A DNA stretch of 64,000 bases from an uncultured delta proteobacterium. Lineage in GTDB: Bacteria > Desulfobacterota > Syntrophorhabdia > Syntrophorhabdales > WCHB1-27. The DNA is taken from contig CAWGEZ010000059.1 of NCBI GenBank assembly GCA_963821605.1, forward strand, positions 41,210-105,209. Reading direction: 5' to 3'. The position numbers and the translations under genes were made by a program. This document shows positions 51,120 through 61,929 of this stretch, piece after piece. The notes beneath the pieces were generated by a model. It saw nothing but the letters and a program-made list of their open reading frames with translations, was not told where the DNA came from and did no database searches. The stretch's first letter is position 1. Every line of letters begins with the position of its first letter.

Positions 51120-52551
51120 ATGGAAAGAAATAGAGACCTGAGGGATTTTCTTGGGTGATCAAGAAGGCAGGGCCCAAGTATTACGTCGAGGTCAAGAAGC
51201 CGCTTAATCCCCACCTTGAAGTAGGGGTCATCCAGCATAAGCTGTACAAGATAGATCGTAATCCGGTCATCTACTGTCCGAAAATCGCGGGCAGTAAGCT
51301 TCCTTTGGTCACGAACGTATTCGGGAGCTTCGAACTCCTCGGTGTTGCGCTGGGAATGGAACCAAGCAGAATCGACCAGGGCACGATCCTTCACGAATAC
51401 AGGAAAAGGGAGGCCGAGCTCAAGCCGACCAGGACAGCGCCCCCTTCCAAGGCACCGGTCAAGGACGTGGTCCTCCTTGGCAAGGATGTTGATCTTGGCG
51501 TCTTACCCATTACACACCACGCGCCCCTCGATTCAGCGAAATTCATTACGATGGGCAATATGGTATGCCGCGACCCCGATACAGGGATATGCAACGTTGG
51601 CGTGTATCGCCATGAGGTCAAGGGGGGAAGAAGGAGCTGGGCGCCATGCTCTTGCCCTACCATCACGCCAGCGTGATCGCCCAGCGGTATGCGGAGCTGG
51701 GAAAGGAGATGGAGGTTGCGCTGTTCCTGGGACATCATCCTGCGGTCGTGCTTGCGTCGATGCACAGAGGCTCGCAGGACGTGGATGAGTTCGAGGTTAT
51801 GGGCGGGCTCCTGGGAGAGCCCCTTAGGGTGACGCGGTGTGAAACGGTAAACCTGCCTGTTCCCGCAGATGCGGAGATCGTGATCGAGGGGGTGATAGAC
51901 CCCCGGACCATGATCACGGATGGACCTTTCGGCGAGTTTGCGGACCATTACGGCAGCGTGAGAAATGTCTATCTGATCAGGATAAAGGCCATCACCATGC
52001 GAAAGGACGCGATCTATCATGACCTTGATTCTGCCATCCGGAGCATAATATCGCACACGTGCTGGGGCTCGAGTCAGCCATTTACGATTCGGTAAAGAGG
52101 GTGGTTCCCACGGTAAATTGGTCCAATTGTCCGGCGAGCGGCAAGGCAATTTTTCATCTCTATGTTTCGATCAAGAAGACACTGGGCGGACAGGGAAAGC
52201 TTGCGGGTCTTGCAGCCCTTTCGGTTCCGAGTTACCCTGTCAAGACGTGTATCGTGGTTGACGAGGACGTCGACGTCTTCGATGAGAAGAACGTGCTCTG
52301 GGCGCTGGCGACCCGGATGGTGCCGGGCCGGGATATCACCATTATCGAGAACTGTGCCGGGAACGCACTGGATCCTGTGGCATATGACGAGACACGCGAA
52401 GGTCGGCTCCATGCAGGATTATATGATCATCGATGCGACGAAACCGTTTCTTGACGCTGCCTACGCCGGTACCTATTGTACCACCTGAAGATCTGTGGAA
52501 GAGAATGAAGCTGGAGGACTATATAAAGGGGTTTGGGCAAAGTAGCTGTTA
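51120..52551 (+). pseudogene. UbiD-family (prenyl-FMN dependent) decarboxylase; 4 or more frame switches
   Basis: GAGGAGG then ATG 51120 (MERNRDLRDFL). Pieces 51155-, 51646- and 52059- give VTNVFGS, GICNVGVYRHEVKG, DGPFGEFADHYG and IVVDEDVDVFDEKNVLWALATR. Reconstructed tail ...PPEDLWKRMKLEDYIKGFGQSSC*. Confidence 0.8.
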
Positions 52552-52685
52552 GATTGAAGAGAGTTATTGCCAATGAACACGGGAGGTGGCGGAATAGAAT
52601 CGGTTCGTTATTTTAGCAGTTGGTTTGTGTCTGGTTCTTTGTTTGAAGGAGGCAATGTCCAAGAATTCCAGTAGCATATAGTCCG

Positions 52686-54822
52686 ATGATCTCGTTCGAG
52701 GCAAGGTACCGCGCCGAAAGCGGTATCGAGGTCCGCAAGACTATCTGTGATATCTGTAATCCTCAGACGCACTGCGGCATAGACGCGTATGTAAAGGACG
52801 GCGTGGTAATCAAGGTCGAGGGGACCAAGGAGAATCCTCACAGCGAAGGAACGCTTTGCTCCAAGGGTAATGCCAACCGGCAATACGTCTACCATAAAGA
52901 CCGCGTCCGCACCCCGCTCGTCAGGACCGGCGAGAGGGGCTCGGGACAGTTCACTTCCGTGTCGTGGAAAGAGGCGCTTGATCTGATCGCACGCCGCCTC
53001 CTCCAGATTCGGCAAGAGTCAGGTCCGGAATCGATCGTCTTCTTCTCGGGGTATCCTAAATGGATGCGACCGTTCCTGAAGCGCCTTGCCCACAGCTTTG
53101 GATCGCCCAACTATTGCACGGAGTCGAGCGTCTGTTCGAGGGCGGGCTACCTTGCGGGCCAGTTGACGTACGGGGGTTTGGGAAAAGCCGACATTGCGCA
53201 TGCGAAATGCCTCCTTGCGTGGAGCGGGAACCCTTTCTATTCCGGCACGCCGGTGGTAAGAGGGCTGCTCGATGCGCGCGAGAGAGGGCTCAAGATCATC
53301 GACGTGGGCCCTCTGATCACACCACTCACTGCGCACGCAGACATCCACCTTCGCCTCCGGCCGGGCACCTCCGGCGCGCTTGCCTTAGGTATGGCAAGGG
53401 TAATTATAGAAGAAGGCCTGTATGACCGCGCGTTCGTGGACGACTACACGCTCGGTTTTGAGGAGTACCGGGATTATGCGCGCGAGTTTTCGCCTGCCGT
53501 GGCTGAGAAGATCACGGGTGTGGCCGCCGGCGATATCATTAAGGCTGCCCGGCTCTATGCGACCACGAAGCCTGCGTGCCTGATGTACAGTTCCAATGCC
53601 ACGACCCACCACACCAATGGCCTTCAGAACCATCGGGCCCTGATTTCGCTCGTCGGGCTTACGGGTAATTTCGATGTTGAGGGGGGAAACCCGCCCGTAA
53701 AGTCGACCTACAACTATGTCACAAGTTCCGGCATCGTCACGAGGGAGGAGGAGTTCGAACAATCGAGACCCTGGACGGAAATGGCGCCGCGCGTCGGACA
53801 GGATCGCTTTCCTGCCTGGGCAAAGATCATCGCTGAGGCTCAGGCGATGCATATCCCGTTTCAGATTGAGAGTGGGAAGCCCTACCCGCTTCGGGCCATG
53901 GTCGGTTTCGGCATGAACATGCGCATGTGGCCGGGGACGGACTTCATGGAGGCAAACCTCCGGAAGCTCGACTTCATCGTGAACATCGAGCTCTTCATGA
54001 CCGACAGCGCAAAGCTCTCAGACGTTGTGCTTCCGGCATGTACCTCCCTTGAGCGCAGTGAGCTGAAGTTTTACCCGCAGCATTATGTGATGTGGACGCA
54101 GCCGGCTATTCACGGCCTCAGTGCGAATCGCGCTCAGATGCGGAGATTATTTTCGACCTCGCGAAGAGAATAGCGCCGGATGATGCCCTGATGCAGAAGG
54201 GCTACGAAGCGTGCATCGACTGGATACTTGAGCCTACGGGCTGACGGTCGAAAAGTTGAAGAACCATCCCGCGGGCTACTCTTTGAAGGACGTGATCCGG
54301 CCTCCTTTTCGAAAAGTATCGAAAGCAAGGCTTTACAACACCTTCAGGAAAGATGGAGTTTACGTCCACGATTCTTGGGGAACTGGGGCACGATCGCTCT
54401 TCCGCCGTACCGTGAGCCCCGGCTCAGCCCCGTATCGAGCCGCAGGTAGCAAAGGATTTTCCTCTTATCCTCACCACCGGGCGCGAGACTCCCGATGTTT
54501 GTCCATTCGAGGACCTTCAGCCTCGGCTGGACGCGCAGTCTTCGCCCGGATCCCATGGTTGACATTAACCCGAAGGATGCGCAGGATCGTGATATTGCGC
54601 AGGAAGACTGGGTCAGTCTCTCCACACCGAGAGGTTCAATACGAGTGAGGGCAAATCACACGGGATGGTGCCGCCCGGTGTGGTAACATGCTCCACGCAT
54701 ACCCGGAGGCAACCGTCAATCTGCTCATCGAGCCTGATTACCTGGACCCTATCTCAGGATATCCGGGCTTCAAGTCCCTGCTTTGCCAGGTGACAAAATT
54801 GCCTGACGTGGAGGATAGATGA
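52686..54822 (+). pseudogene. Mo-bisPGD (DMSO-reductase superfamily) oxidoreductase catalytic subunit, no Tat signal; about 5 frame switches in the last 700 nt
   Basis: N-terminal 4Fe-4S motif CDICNPQTHCGIDAYVKDGVVIKVEGTKENPHSEGTLCSKG. The 495-aa ORF is intact to about 54150, then fragments follow (RANHTG..., LIEPDYLDPISGYPGFKSLLCQVTKLPDVEDR*). Confidence 0.8.
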
Positions 54823-55370
54823 TGACATACCACGCAGCTCGGATTCTCGTTCGACCTCTCCCGCTGCAGCGGCTGCATGGCATGTATGGCCGCCTGTTTC
54901 GACCAAAACGATATGCCCGGAAACGGCTCAACCTTTCGACATGTGAGCAGAATAGAAACGGGTGACGAGCCTCTGTCAGTATCCGTTATGTCTCCCTGGC
55001 CTGTATGCATTGCGGCGACGCGCCCTGCATTGCCGTCTGTCCCACGAGGGCAATTTCAAAAAGACCGGAGGGCGGGATCGTGACGGTGGGTCCGAGCTTC
55101 TGCATCGGCTGCCACGCTTGCGCGACGGCCTGTCCGTTTGGCGCACCCCAGTTCCCCGAAGAGACTACCATGAGGAAATGTGATTTTTGCGTGTCGAGGG
55201 TCACCAGTGGGCTGGAGCCTGCCTGTGTCAGAACGTGCCCCACCAGAGCGTTAGGGTTCGGGCCAATTGAAAAGCTGGCCGGGGAAAAGGCAAAGGCAGC
55301 TTCTGCCAGGGTCATATCCTCGTTCAACCCCAATCTTGTTCTCACCCTGCTCCAGACCCCGCAGAAATGA
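54819..55370 (+). CDS. 4Fe-4S ferredoxin-type beta subunit (DmsB-like) of the Mo-bisPGD enzyme; 2 or more frame switches near the 5' end
   Basis: CSGCMACMAACFDQND in one frame, then ORF 55005-55370: MHCGDAPCIAVCPTRAI, CIGCHACATACPFGAP, CDFCVSRVTSGLEPACVRTCP. Confidence 0.75.
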
Positions 55371-55550
55371 AGAATCACGTCATTCCTGTCCGCCTCAAAA
55401 ATGTGTTGACAAATATATTGCACCATGGCATCGTCTAGAGGCCACCAAATGAAATTCTAAAATATTGCTTAATGGATGCTATCTACTTAACATTATAAAC
55501 GAATATGATTCAGATAGGTACTACATCACACGAGAAGGGGGGAATCGATC

Positions 55551-56561
55551 ATGAAAGACCGGAAAGGAATGTTGTTAGGTTGCCTCTTGGTTTTTTGCGT
55601 CTCTCTTTTTTCCAGCGCTGCATTTGCTCAGACAAAACCTTTTGACCTCTCATACTCAGTCATGATGCCTGCCCCTCACCGAAACGCCGTTCTGGCCACG
55701 GAATGGTCTAAGGAGATCGAGAAGAGGACAAACGGCAGGGTCAAGATTACACTCTTTTACGGCGGTACACTTACGCCCGGCGACAAGTGCTATAACGGTG
55801 TGGTGAACGGGATCTCCGATATCGGGACATCGGTGCTTTCTTACACAGCCGGGAAATTTCCCCTGACAGAGGTCATCGACCTGCCTCTGGGCTATAAAAG
55901 CGGTGCACAGGCAACAAAGGTGATCAACGAATACTACAAGAAGTTCCGACCGAAAGAGCTTGACGACGTCAAGGTCCTCTACCTTCATGCTCACGGGCCG
56001 GGGTTCCTGATGACGAAAAAACCCATCAGGACACTTGAAGATCTCAAGGGGATGAAGGTTCGTTCGACCGGAACGGTTGCAAAGATAGTCTCTCACCTCG
56101 GCGCCACTGCCGTGGCCATGCCGATCGGCGACACCTATGATGCAGTGAGCAGGGGTGTGGTCGATGGAATGATGTCGCCTTATGAGGTGCTCGATGGGTT
56201 CAGAATGGCGGAGGTGGTCAAGTACGTCACCGAAGATTACGGAGCTTCTTATTCCCTTGCCTTCTTCGTGACCATGAATAAGGCGAAATGGAATGCCCTG
56301 CCTCCGGATATCCAACAAACCATCGAAAAAATAAATGAGGAATGGATTGAAAAGACACGGGTATCATGGGATGAGATCGACAAGCTGGGAAGAGAGGTTG
56401 GTCAGAAGAAGGGGGTCCAGAGCATATCCCTCTCTAAGGAGGAGAACGAGAAATGGGCAAAGGCGGTCAGGCCCATGCTGGATGAGTATGTCAAGGATAA
56501 GAAGGCCAAAGGGCTGCCTGCAGACGAGGCACTAAAATTCTGCCTGGATCGACTCAACTAA
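55551..56561 (+). CDS. dctP: TRAP transporter substrate-binding protein (DctP type)
   Basis: 336 aa, signal peptide LLGCLLVFCVSLFSSAAFA, intact. Followed by dctQ and dctM. Confidence 0.85.
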   Translation: MKDRKGMLLGCLLVFCVSLFSSAAFAQTKPFDLSYSVMMPAPHRNAVLATEWSKEIEKRTNGRVKITLFYGGTLTPGDKCYNGVVNGISDIGTSVLSYTAGKFPLTEVIDLPLGYKSGAQATKVINEYYKKFRPKELDDVKVLYLHAHGPGFLMTKKPIRTLEDLKGMKVRSTGTVAKIVSHLGATAVAMPIGDTYDAVSRGVVDGMMSPYEVLDGFRMAEVVKYVTEDYGASYSLAFFVTMNKAKWNALPPDIQQTIEKINEEWIEKTRVSWDEIDKLGREVGQKKGVQSISLSKEENEKWAKAVRPMLDEYVKDKKAKGLPADEALKFCLDRLN

Positions 56562-56598
56562 ACTTAATGATGTTGAATGAGGCTGACACGTTGGAAGA

Positions 56599-56634
56599 GG
56601 CAGGAAAGGTCATGGTCCTCGGACCTTCCCTGCC
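56599..56634 (+). other. 13-bp intercistronic hairpin between dctP and dctQ
   Basis: GGCAGGAAAGGTC (56599-56611) pairs with GACCTTCCCTGCC (56622-56634), one mismatch. No T-tract on the + strand. Confidence 0.5.
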
Positions 56635-56657
56635 CTGCAAAAAAGTCAGATGCGTGA

Positions 56658-57152
56658 ATGGAGGGCAAGATGGACCGATTTGTTGATCAGGTCAGACGAT
56701 TAAGCCGTTTCATCAATATCATTGGCGGGATCAGCCTGGTCTTCCTCATGTCTCTGACGCTCGCCGATGTGCTGTTAAGATCCTTCAAGATGCCCATTCC
56801 GGGGACCTATGAGCTCGTGGCCCTTTCAAGCGCCGTCGTCATAGGGTTTTCGCTTCCACTCACCTCCTGGATGAGAGGACATATTTATGTTGATTTTCTC
56901 CTTGTGAAGCTGCCGAAGAGAGTACGAGACATTTTTAACCTTGTGACAAGATTCATGGTACTCGTCCTGTTCGTCCTGATCGGCTGGAACCTTATCAGGT
57001 ATGGCATGGCTTTACACAGATCAGGAGAGGTTTCCCTCACCCTGAACATACCCTTCTATCCGGTTGCATACGCCCTGGGGATCTGCTCGTTTATACAATG
57101 CCTGGTGATGTTCTGCGACATGGTGAAAATTGCGGGTGGGGACTATGAATGA
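56658..57152 (+). CDS. dctQ: TRAP transporter small permease (DctQ)
   Basis: 164 aa with four hydrophobic helices. An alternative start at ATG 56670 follows GGAGGG. Its stop overlaps the dctM start. Confidence 0.85.
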   Translation: MEGKMDRFVDQVRRLSRFINIIGGISLVFLMSLTLADVLLRSFKMPIPGTYELVALSSAVVIGFSLPLTSWMRGHIYVDFLLVKLPKRVRDIFNLVTRFMVLVLFVLIGWNLIRYGMALHRSGEVSLTLNIPFYPVAYALGICSFIQCLVMFCDMVKIAGGDYE

Positions 57153-58444
57153 AGTTATGGTCGGCATCATAGGGTTAGGAGTAGTTTTAGCCTTATTTCT
57201 GACGGGCATCGAACTGGGGTTCGCCATGGCACTGGTCGGCTTTGTGGGCTTCAGCTATATCATGTCCTGGAAGGCAGGATTTAATCTTCTGGCCAAGGAT
57301 ATCTTCGATGTCCTCTCCTCCTACGGGTTTACGGTCATCCCGCTCTTTGTCCTTATGGGACAGGTCGCCTTCAATGCGGGGATTGCCAAAAGGCTGTACA
57401 ATACCGCCTATAAATTTATCGGCCATATCCCCGGAGGACTGGCCATGGCCACCGTGGTCGGGGCCACGGCCTTCAAGGCCATCTGCGGTTCTTCCCCTGC
57501 CACGGCCGCCACCTTTGCCAGCGTGGCCGTTCCGGAGATGGACCGGTACGGCTACAGCAAGAAACTTTCGACCGGGATTGTGGCCACGGTGGGAACCCTG
57601 GGAATTCTCATCCCACCCAGTGTCACCCTGATCGTCTTCGGCATCATCACCGAACAATCGATCGGCAAGCTTTTCCTGGCCGGGCTCATTCCGGGGCTGA
57701 TCATCGCCTTCTTTTTCATCGTCATCATTTACGGATGGTGCAGGATCAACCCACCCTCGGGCCCAAAGGGGAAAGATCCACCTGGAAGGAGAGGTTGCCT
57801 CCCTGCCGGAGGTATCGTGGGTTGTGATCATTTTTCTCCTGGTGATCGGAGGGTTGATGCAGGGGTTCTTCACGCCTACCGAGGCAGGCAGCGTGGGGAC
57901 CTTCGCGGTGCTCCTTCTACCGTCGACCAAAAGGGATATCGAACTTAAAGGGTTCATCAAATCGGTGGCCGAATCCCTGCGCACGGCCTGTATGGTCCTC
58001 ATGCTCATCGCCGGCTCCACCATCCTGGGCCATTTTCTGGCCGTGACCAAGATTCCCATGATGGCCGCCGACTGGGTTGTTCAGCTCCCTCTCAATCGTT
58101 ACCTCATCATGATCCTCATCACCCTCATCTATCAGGTGGGCGGGTCCTTTATCGACGACCTTGCCTTCATGATCCTGGCCACGCCGATCTTTTACCCGGT
58201 CATCATCAAAGCTTGGCTTCGATCCGATCTGGTTCGGGATGATCATCGCCATCACGGTCATGATCGGGGTGGTGATTCCTCCGGTGGCCATCAACGTCTT
58301 CGTGGTGAAGAATATCACCAAGGTGCCCTTTGGCGTGATTTACAGCGGGGTCTATCCCTTTTTGATCAGTCTCATCGTTTGCGGATTCTGCTGTTTCTGT
58401 TTCCACAGATCGCTCTTTTCCTTCCTTCCGTCTTGATGAAATGA
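57145..58444 (+). CDS. dctM: TRAP transporter large permease (DctM); about 3 frame switches (near 57765, 58210, 58400)
   Basis: MNEVMVGIIGLGVVLALFLTGIELGFAMALVGFVGF, GSSPATAATFASVAVPEM, then ORF 57824-: FFTPTEAGSVGTFAVLL, FGMIIAITVMIGVVIPPVAINVFV, end ...FPQIALFLPSVLMK*. Confidence 0.82.
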
Positions 58445-58523
58445 GATGAACGTAGGCGGAAGGAGTTTGAGGTCATCGGTACAATGCAGCCTATCATTTG
58501 AACCGAAAGGAGGATTAGAAGGT

Positions 58524-59328
58524 ATGAAGAGGGAAGTCATTTATTCTGTAAGAGGACCGAAATTATTGCCAGAAATGACGTCGGAAGATGTCGCAGAGGA
58601 GCTGAAGCACACAGACCTCATCATCTTTCCGGTTGCCTCGAATGAGGTGCACGGGCCACATCTGCCGTTGATCGCTGGTAGATCCAGGGCACAGAAGCGA
58701 CGAGAAGGATCGTGGCCAGGCTAGCGTCGGAAGGGATTCGCGCGGTTGGCGGGCTGCCGATCCCGATGGGCGTCTCCATGACGCAGATGGACTTTCCCGG
58801 TACTATCTCCCTCATGCCTGACACGATGATGGCGGTTATGAGGGACGTGTGCAACAGCGTTATAAAGACATGGATTTCGCAAGATCGTTCTGATCATGTC
58901 CCATGACGGGAATCTTGGAGCCTTGTACTCGGTAGCGGAAGAGATATCCAAACAGCCCGGCGTGCGCGTGCTCCTTATCAATTGGCTGCCTTATCTCAGA
59001 AGCAAATACACTGAAGTCCTCAAATCTAAATCAGGAGGTCACGCGGGTGAAGGCGAGACGGCAAGGGTACTCGCCTCTTCCCTGAGTTGGTGCGTCTGGA
59101 TCGTGCCCAGGTGGGTCCTGAAGAGGGTGGGACCGGTCCGCAGCTGGAAGGCGACCTACCCGTCCATTTTGGCGGGGGCACCCTCGACCCCCCGAGGGGG
59201 CTGAGGGATAAGACGCGATAGGTTCGTTCGGCGATCCACGGGGCGCCACGGCGGAAACGGGGAATAAGTGTTATGACCTCATTGAAGACTGGGCCTGCGA
59301 GGTGATCAAGCGGCACTTCGACCTGTAG
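58524..59328 (+). pseudogene. creatininase-family amidohydrolase, copy 1; 4 or more frame switches
   Basis: AAAGGAGG then ATG 58524. MKREVIYSVRGPKLLPEMTSEDVAEELKHTDLIIFPVASNEVHGPHLPL. Later blocks (EGIRAVGGLPIPMGVSMTQMDFPGTISLMPDTMMAVMRDVCNSVIK, SGGHAGEGETARVLAS, ...EVIKRHFDL*) lie in other frames. Colinear with 61930-62744. Confidence 0.75.
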
Positions 59329-59599
59329 CTCTAAAAATCCTGCATTGCGATTAGCAACAGACGGCTCCAAAGTTCGCTGCTTGGGGCCGTCGAGATAGAT
59401 GCCCGCGGGAAAGGGGAGTCACCACAATGATGTCCTTATTCCATCCTGCCTACGGGAGAAGGCTTGGGTCCCCTTATTGTCGCCGGATTTCACCCATTCT
59501 GTTTTGTTTACATGCTGCAGTGAGCAAAAGAGAGACGGAGTTGCTGTTCAAGGCGCCGTCCCAATTCGTTCATCAGAGACGGAATGAAAGGGGGTAATT

Positions 59600-60719
59600 A
59601 TGAAGACACTACACGCGCGCAAAGAAGCCTTGAACAGGAGGGACTTCTCAAAGTTGCTTCGCTCGGAATAGCCGCGGCCGGCGTGGTCCCGGCATTGACG
59701 CGGGAAGCAAGGGCAGACGTCAAGAAGCTCAGATTTACGCTTGCCTGTTCACCCTATGATCGGTTGCAGGCCCTTATCGATGGGGGAGCGTCCAGGTGGA
59801 GGGTGTGGATCTCAATTTCTTGCCGATGATGGTGACGAAGAGACCTTTTGGCGTCAGCTGAGATATCAGGAGTTCGACGGGTCAGAGATATCGTTCTCAT
59901 CGTACATCCTGGCCAGGTCACGCGGGGATGAGCGGTTTGTGGCGCTCCCGGCATTTACCTCCAGAATCTTCCGTCATTCCTCCGTCTACGTCAATGCGAA
60001 GAAAGGCATACAAAAGCCGGAGGATCTAAAGGGTAAGATTATTGGCGTTCCTGAATATCAGATGACAGCGGCGCTTTGGCTGCGCGGGTTGTTCCAGCAT
60101 GAATACGGGGTACATCCGCGCGACGTAAAATGGAGAAGCGGCGGCCAGGAGACGCCGGGACGTGAGGGAAAAGCCGACACTCAAGCTGCCGCGGGATATC
60201 GACTATGCGCCCATTCCCAGGGACAAGACGCTTTCGCAGATGCTCGATGCAGGCGAATTCGATGCTATGTTCACTGCACTCGCCCCTTCCTGCTTCGTGA
60301 AGGGCTCGTCCAACGTGAAGCGCCTCTGGGAGAACTTACAAGGATGTTGAAAGGAACAAAATCTTACCAGAAAACAGGCATTTTCCCCATCATGCACACC
60401 GTTGCCATAAAGAGGAGCGGTATAAAGAGAACCCATGGGTTGCCCAGTCTCTCTACAAGGCATTGGTGGCCTCCAAGAACGTCGCCCTGAAGAACCTGCA
60501 GCTGACAGGGACATTACAGGCGAACCTCCCCTGGCTCGTCCCGGAGGTGGAACGGACGAGAAAAATCATGGGTGATGACTGGTGGCCTTACGGCATGAGA
60601 AGAACAGGAAGACCATTGAGGCGATGTGCCAATACTCTTACGAACAGGGGCTCGCAGAGAAGCTGATGAAGATTGAAGACCTCTTCGCACCGGAAACATT
60701 TACCGAGTTCAAAATATAG
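59600..60719 (+). pseudogene. Tat-signal NMT1/THI5-fold protein resembling proteins annotated as 4,5-dihydroxyphthalate decarboxylase; 5 or more frame switches
   Basis: ATG 59600 gives MKTLHARKEALNRRDF, then (frame switch) LKVASLGIAAAGVVPALTREARA. Blocks: KLRFTLACSPYDRLQALIDG, RYQEFDGSEISFSSYILARSRGDERFVALPAFTSRIFRHSSVYV, EDLKGKIIGVPEYQMTAALWLRGLFQHEYGV, KTGIFPIMHTVAIKR, end ...FAPETFTEFKI*. Family recalled from memory. Confidence 0.55.
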
Positions 60720-60866
60720 GAAGGGCAGATATAATCAGGAGAACGAAATCTCTCCATGCTCACCTGTGAACGGGAAATCAACCGCAAGGAGGGAGCGGTA
60801 TGAGAAAATGTTTGCTTGTAACGGCAAGACCATCCTGTTTGACTGGGTCTCTGGCGGGAGGGTGAG

Positions 60867-61884
60867 ATGACCAGGCGATTCGTGATGATATTAGTCGTGA
60901 TTAGCCTGTCTTCGTGTGCAGGTTGCGTTTTCGGCTCCGTATTATGAAGGCAAGACCGTGCGTATCACGGTCGGCTTTTCTGCCGGTGGAGGGTTCGATC
61001 TCTGGGCAAGGGTGATCGCGCGCCACCTGGGGAGAAGTATTCCTGGAAACCCCACCATGATTGTAGAGAACATCACCGGGGCAGGCGGACTCATCCACAC
61101 GAATCAGCTGTTTAAAGCCACCAAGGCGGACGGCCTTACCATCGGCCACCCTGCCGGTGCTCTTATTTTCAGCCAGGCAATGGGGCAGCCGGGGTATGAC
61201 TTTGACAGCCAGAAATTCATCTACATCGGCGCCGCGAACAAGGAGAATAATGTATTCGCTTTCAGTAAAAAGAGCGGTATTACTTCAGTCGACAAATGGC
61301 GAACCTCACCAACGCCCGTAAAGGTCGGAGGCCTTGTGCCCGGCAATTTTATCGACAATTGCGCACGGGTGATGAAAGAGGTGCTCGGCTTTCCCACGCA
61401 GATTATTACCGGCTACAAGGGGACGGCCGATGCCCGCATTGCGACGGAGAGTGGTGAACTGGCGGGCAGTGCCCACTCCTGGGACGGCGTGAAGACCGGC
61501 TGGAAGAGGGCCATCGAGTCAGGAGAGGGCATCATACTCCTTCAGTGCGTAGCGAAGCCTCTCAAAGAACTCCCGAATGTTCCCCTGATGATCGATCTTG
61601 CGACGACTGACCAGCAGCGGAAGCTTGTGGAGGCGATAATCCATTTCGCGAATGAATTCTCGAGGCCGTTTGTTGTCCCGCCCGGAACGCCGAAGGACCG
61701 GGTGGAGATACTGCGCAAGGCTTTCCAGGATACAATGAGAGACAAGGAATTCCTGGCCGAAATAGAAAAAATGCAGCTCACCCTCGACCCGGCGACCGGC
61801 GAGCAGCTGGCCGCAGCAGTGGCGGGAGTGGCGAGGCTGGACCAGGCCACGCGGGCCAAGCTAAAGGAGGTACTCTTCAAATGA
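60867..61884 (+). CDS. Bug/TctC-family solute-binding protein, orphan (paralog 2); one frame switch near 60920
   Basis: ATG 60867 gives MTRRFVMILVVISLSSC (lipobox-like), then ORF 60916-61884: VRITVGFSAGGGFDLWARVIARHLGRSIPGNPTMIVENITGAGGLI. Colinear with 29463-30491 along its whole length. Confidence 0.78.
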
Positions 61885-61929
61885 CAGAGAGACTTAGGGA
61901 ATGATACCTTGGAAAGGAGGCATTGCAGG

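Noticed and set aside
37205-56634. The shared arm sequence GGCAGGAA(A)GG / CCTTCC(C)TGCC in the hairpins at 37205-37235 and 56599-56634, considered as a REP-like element family.
   Set aside because: There are only two instances, the arms are in opposite order and the loops differ. I found no further copies by eye. Chance similarity of GC-rich stems cannot be excluded.
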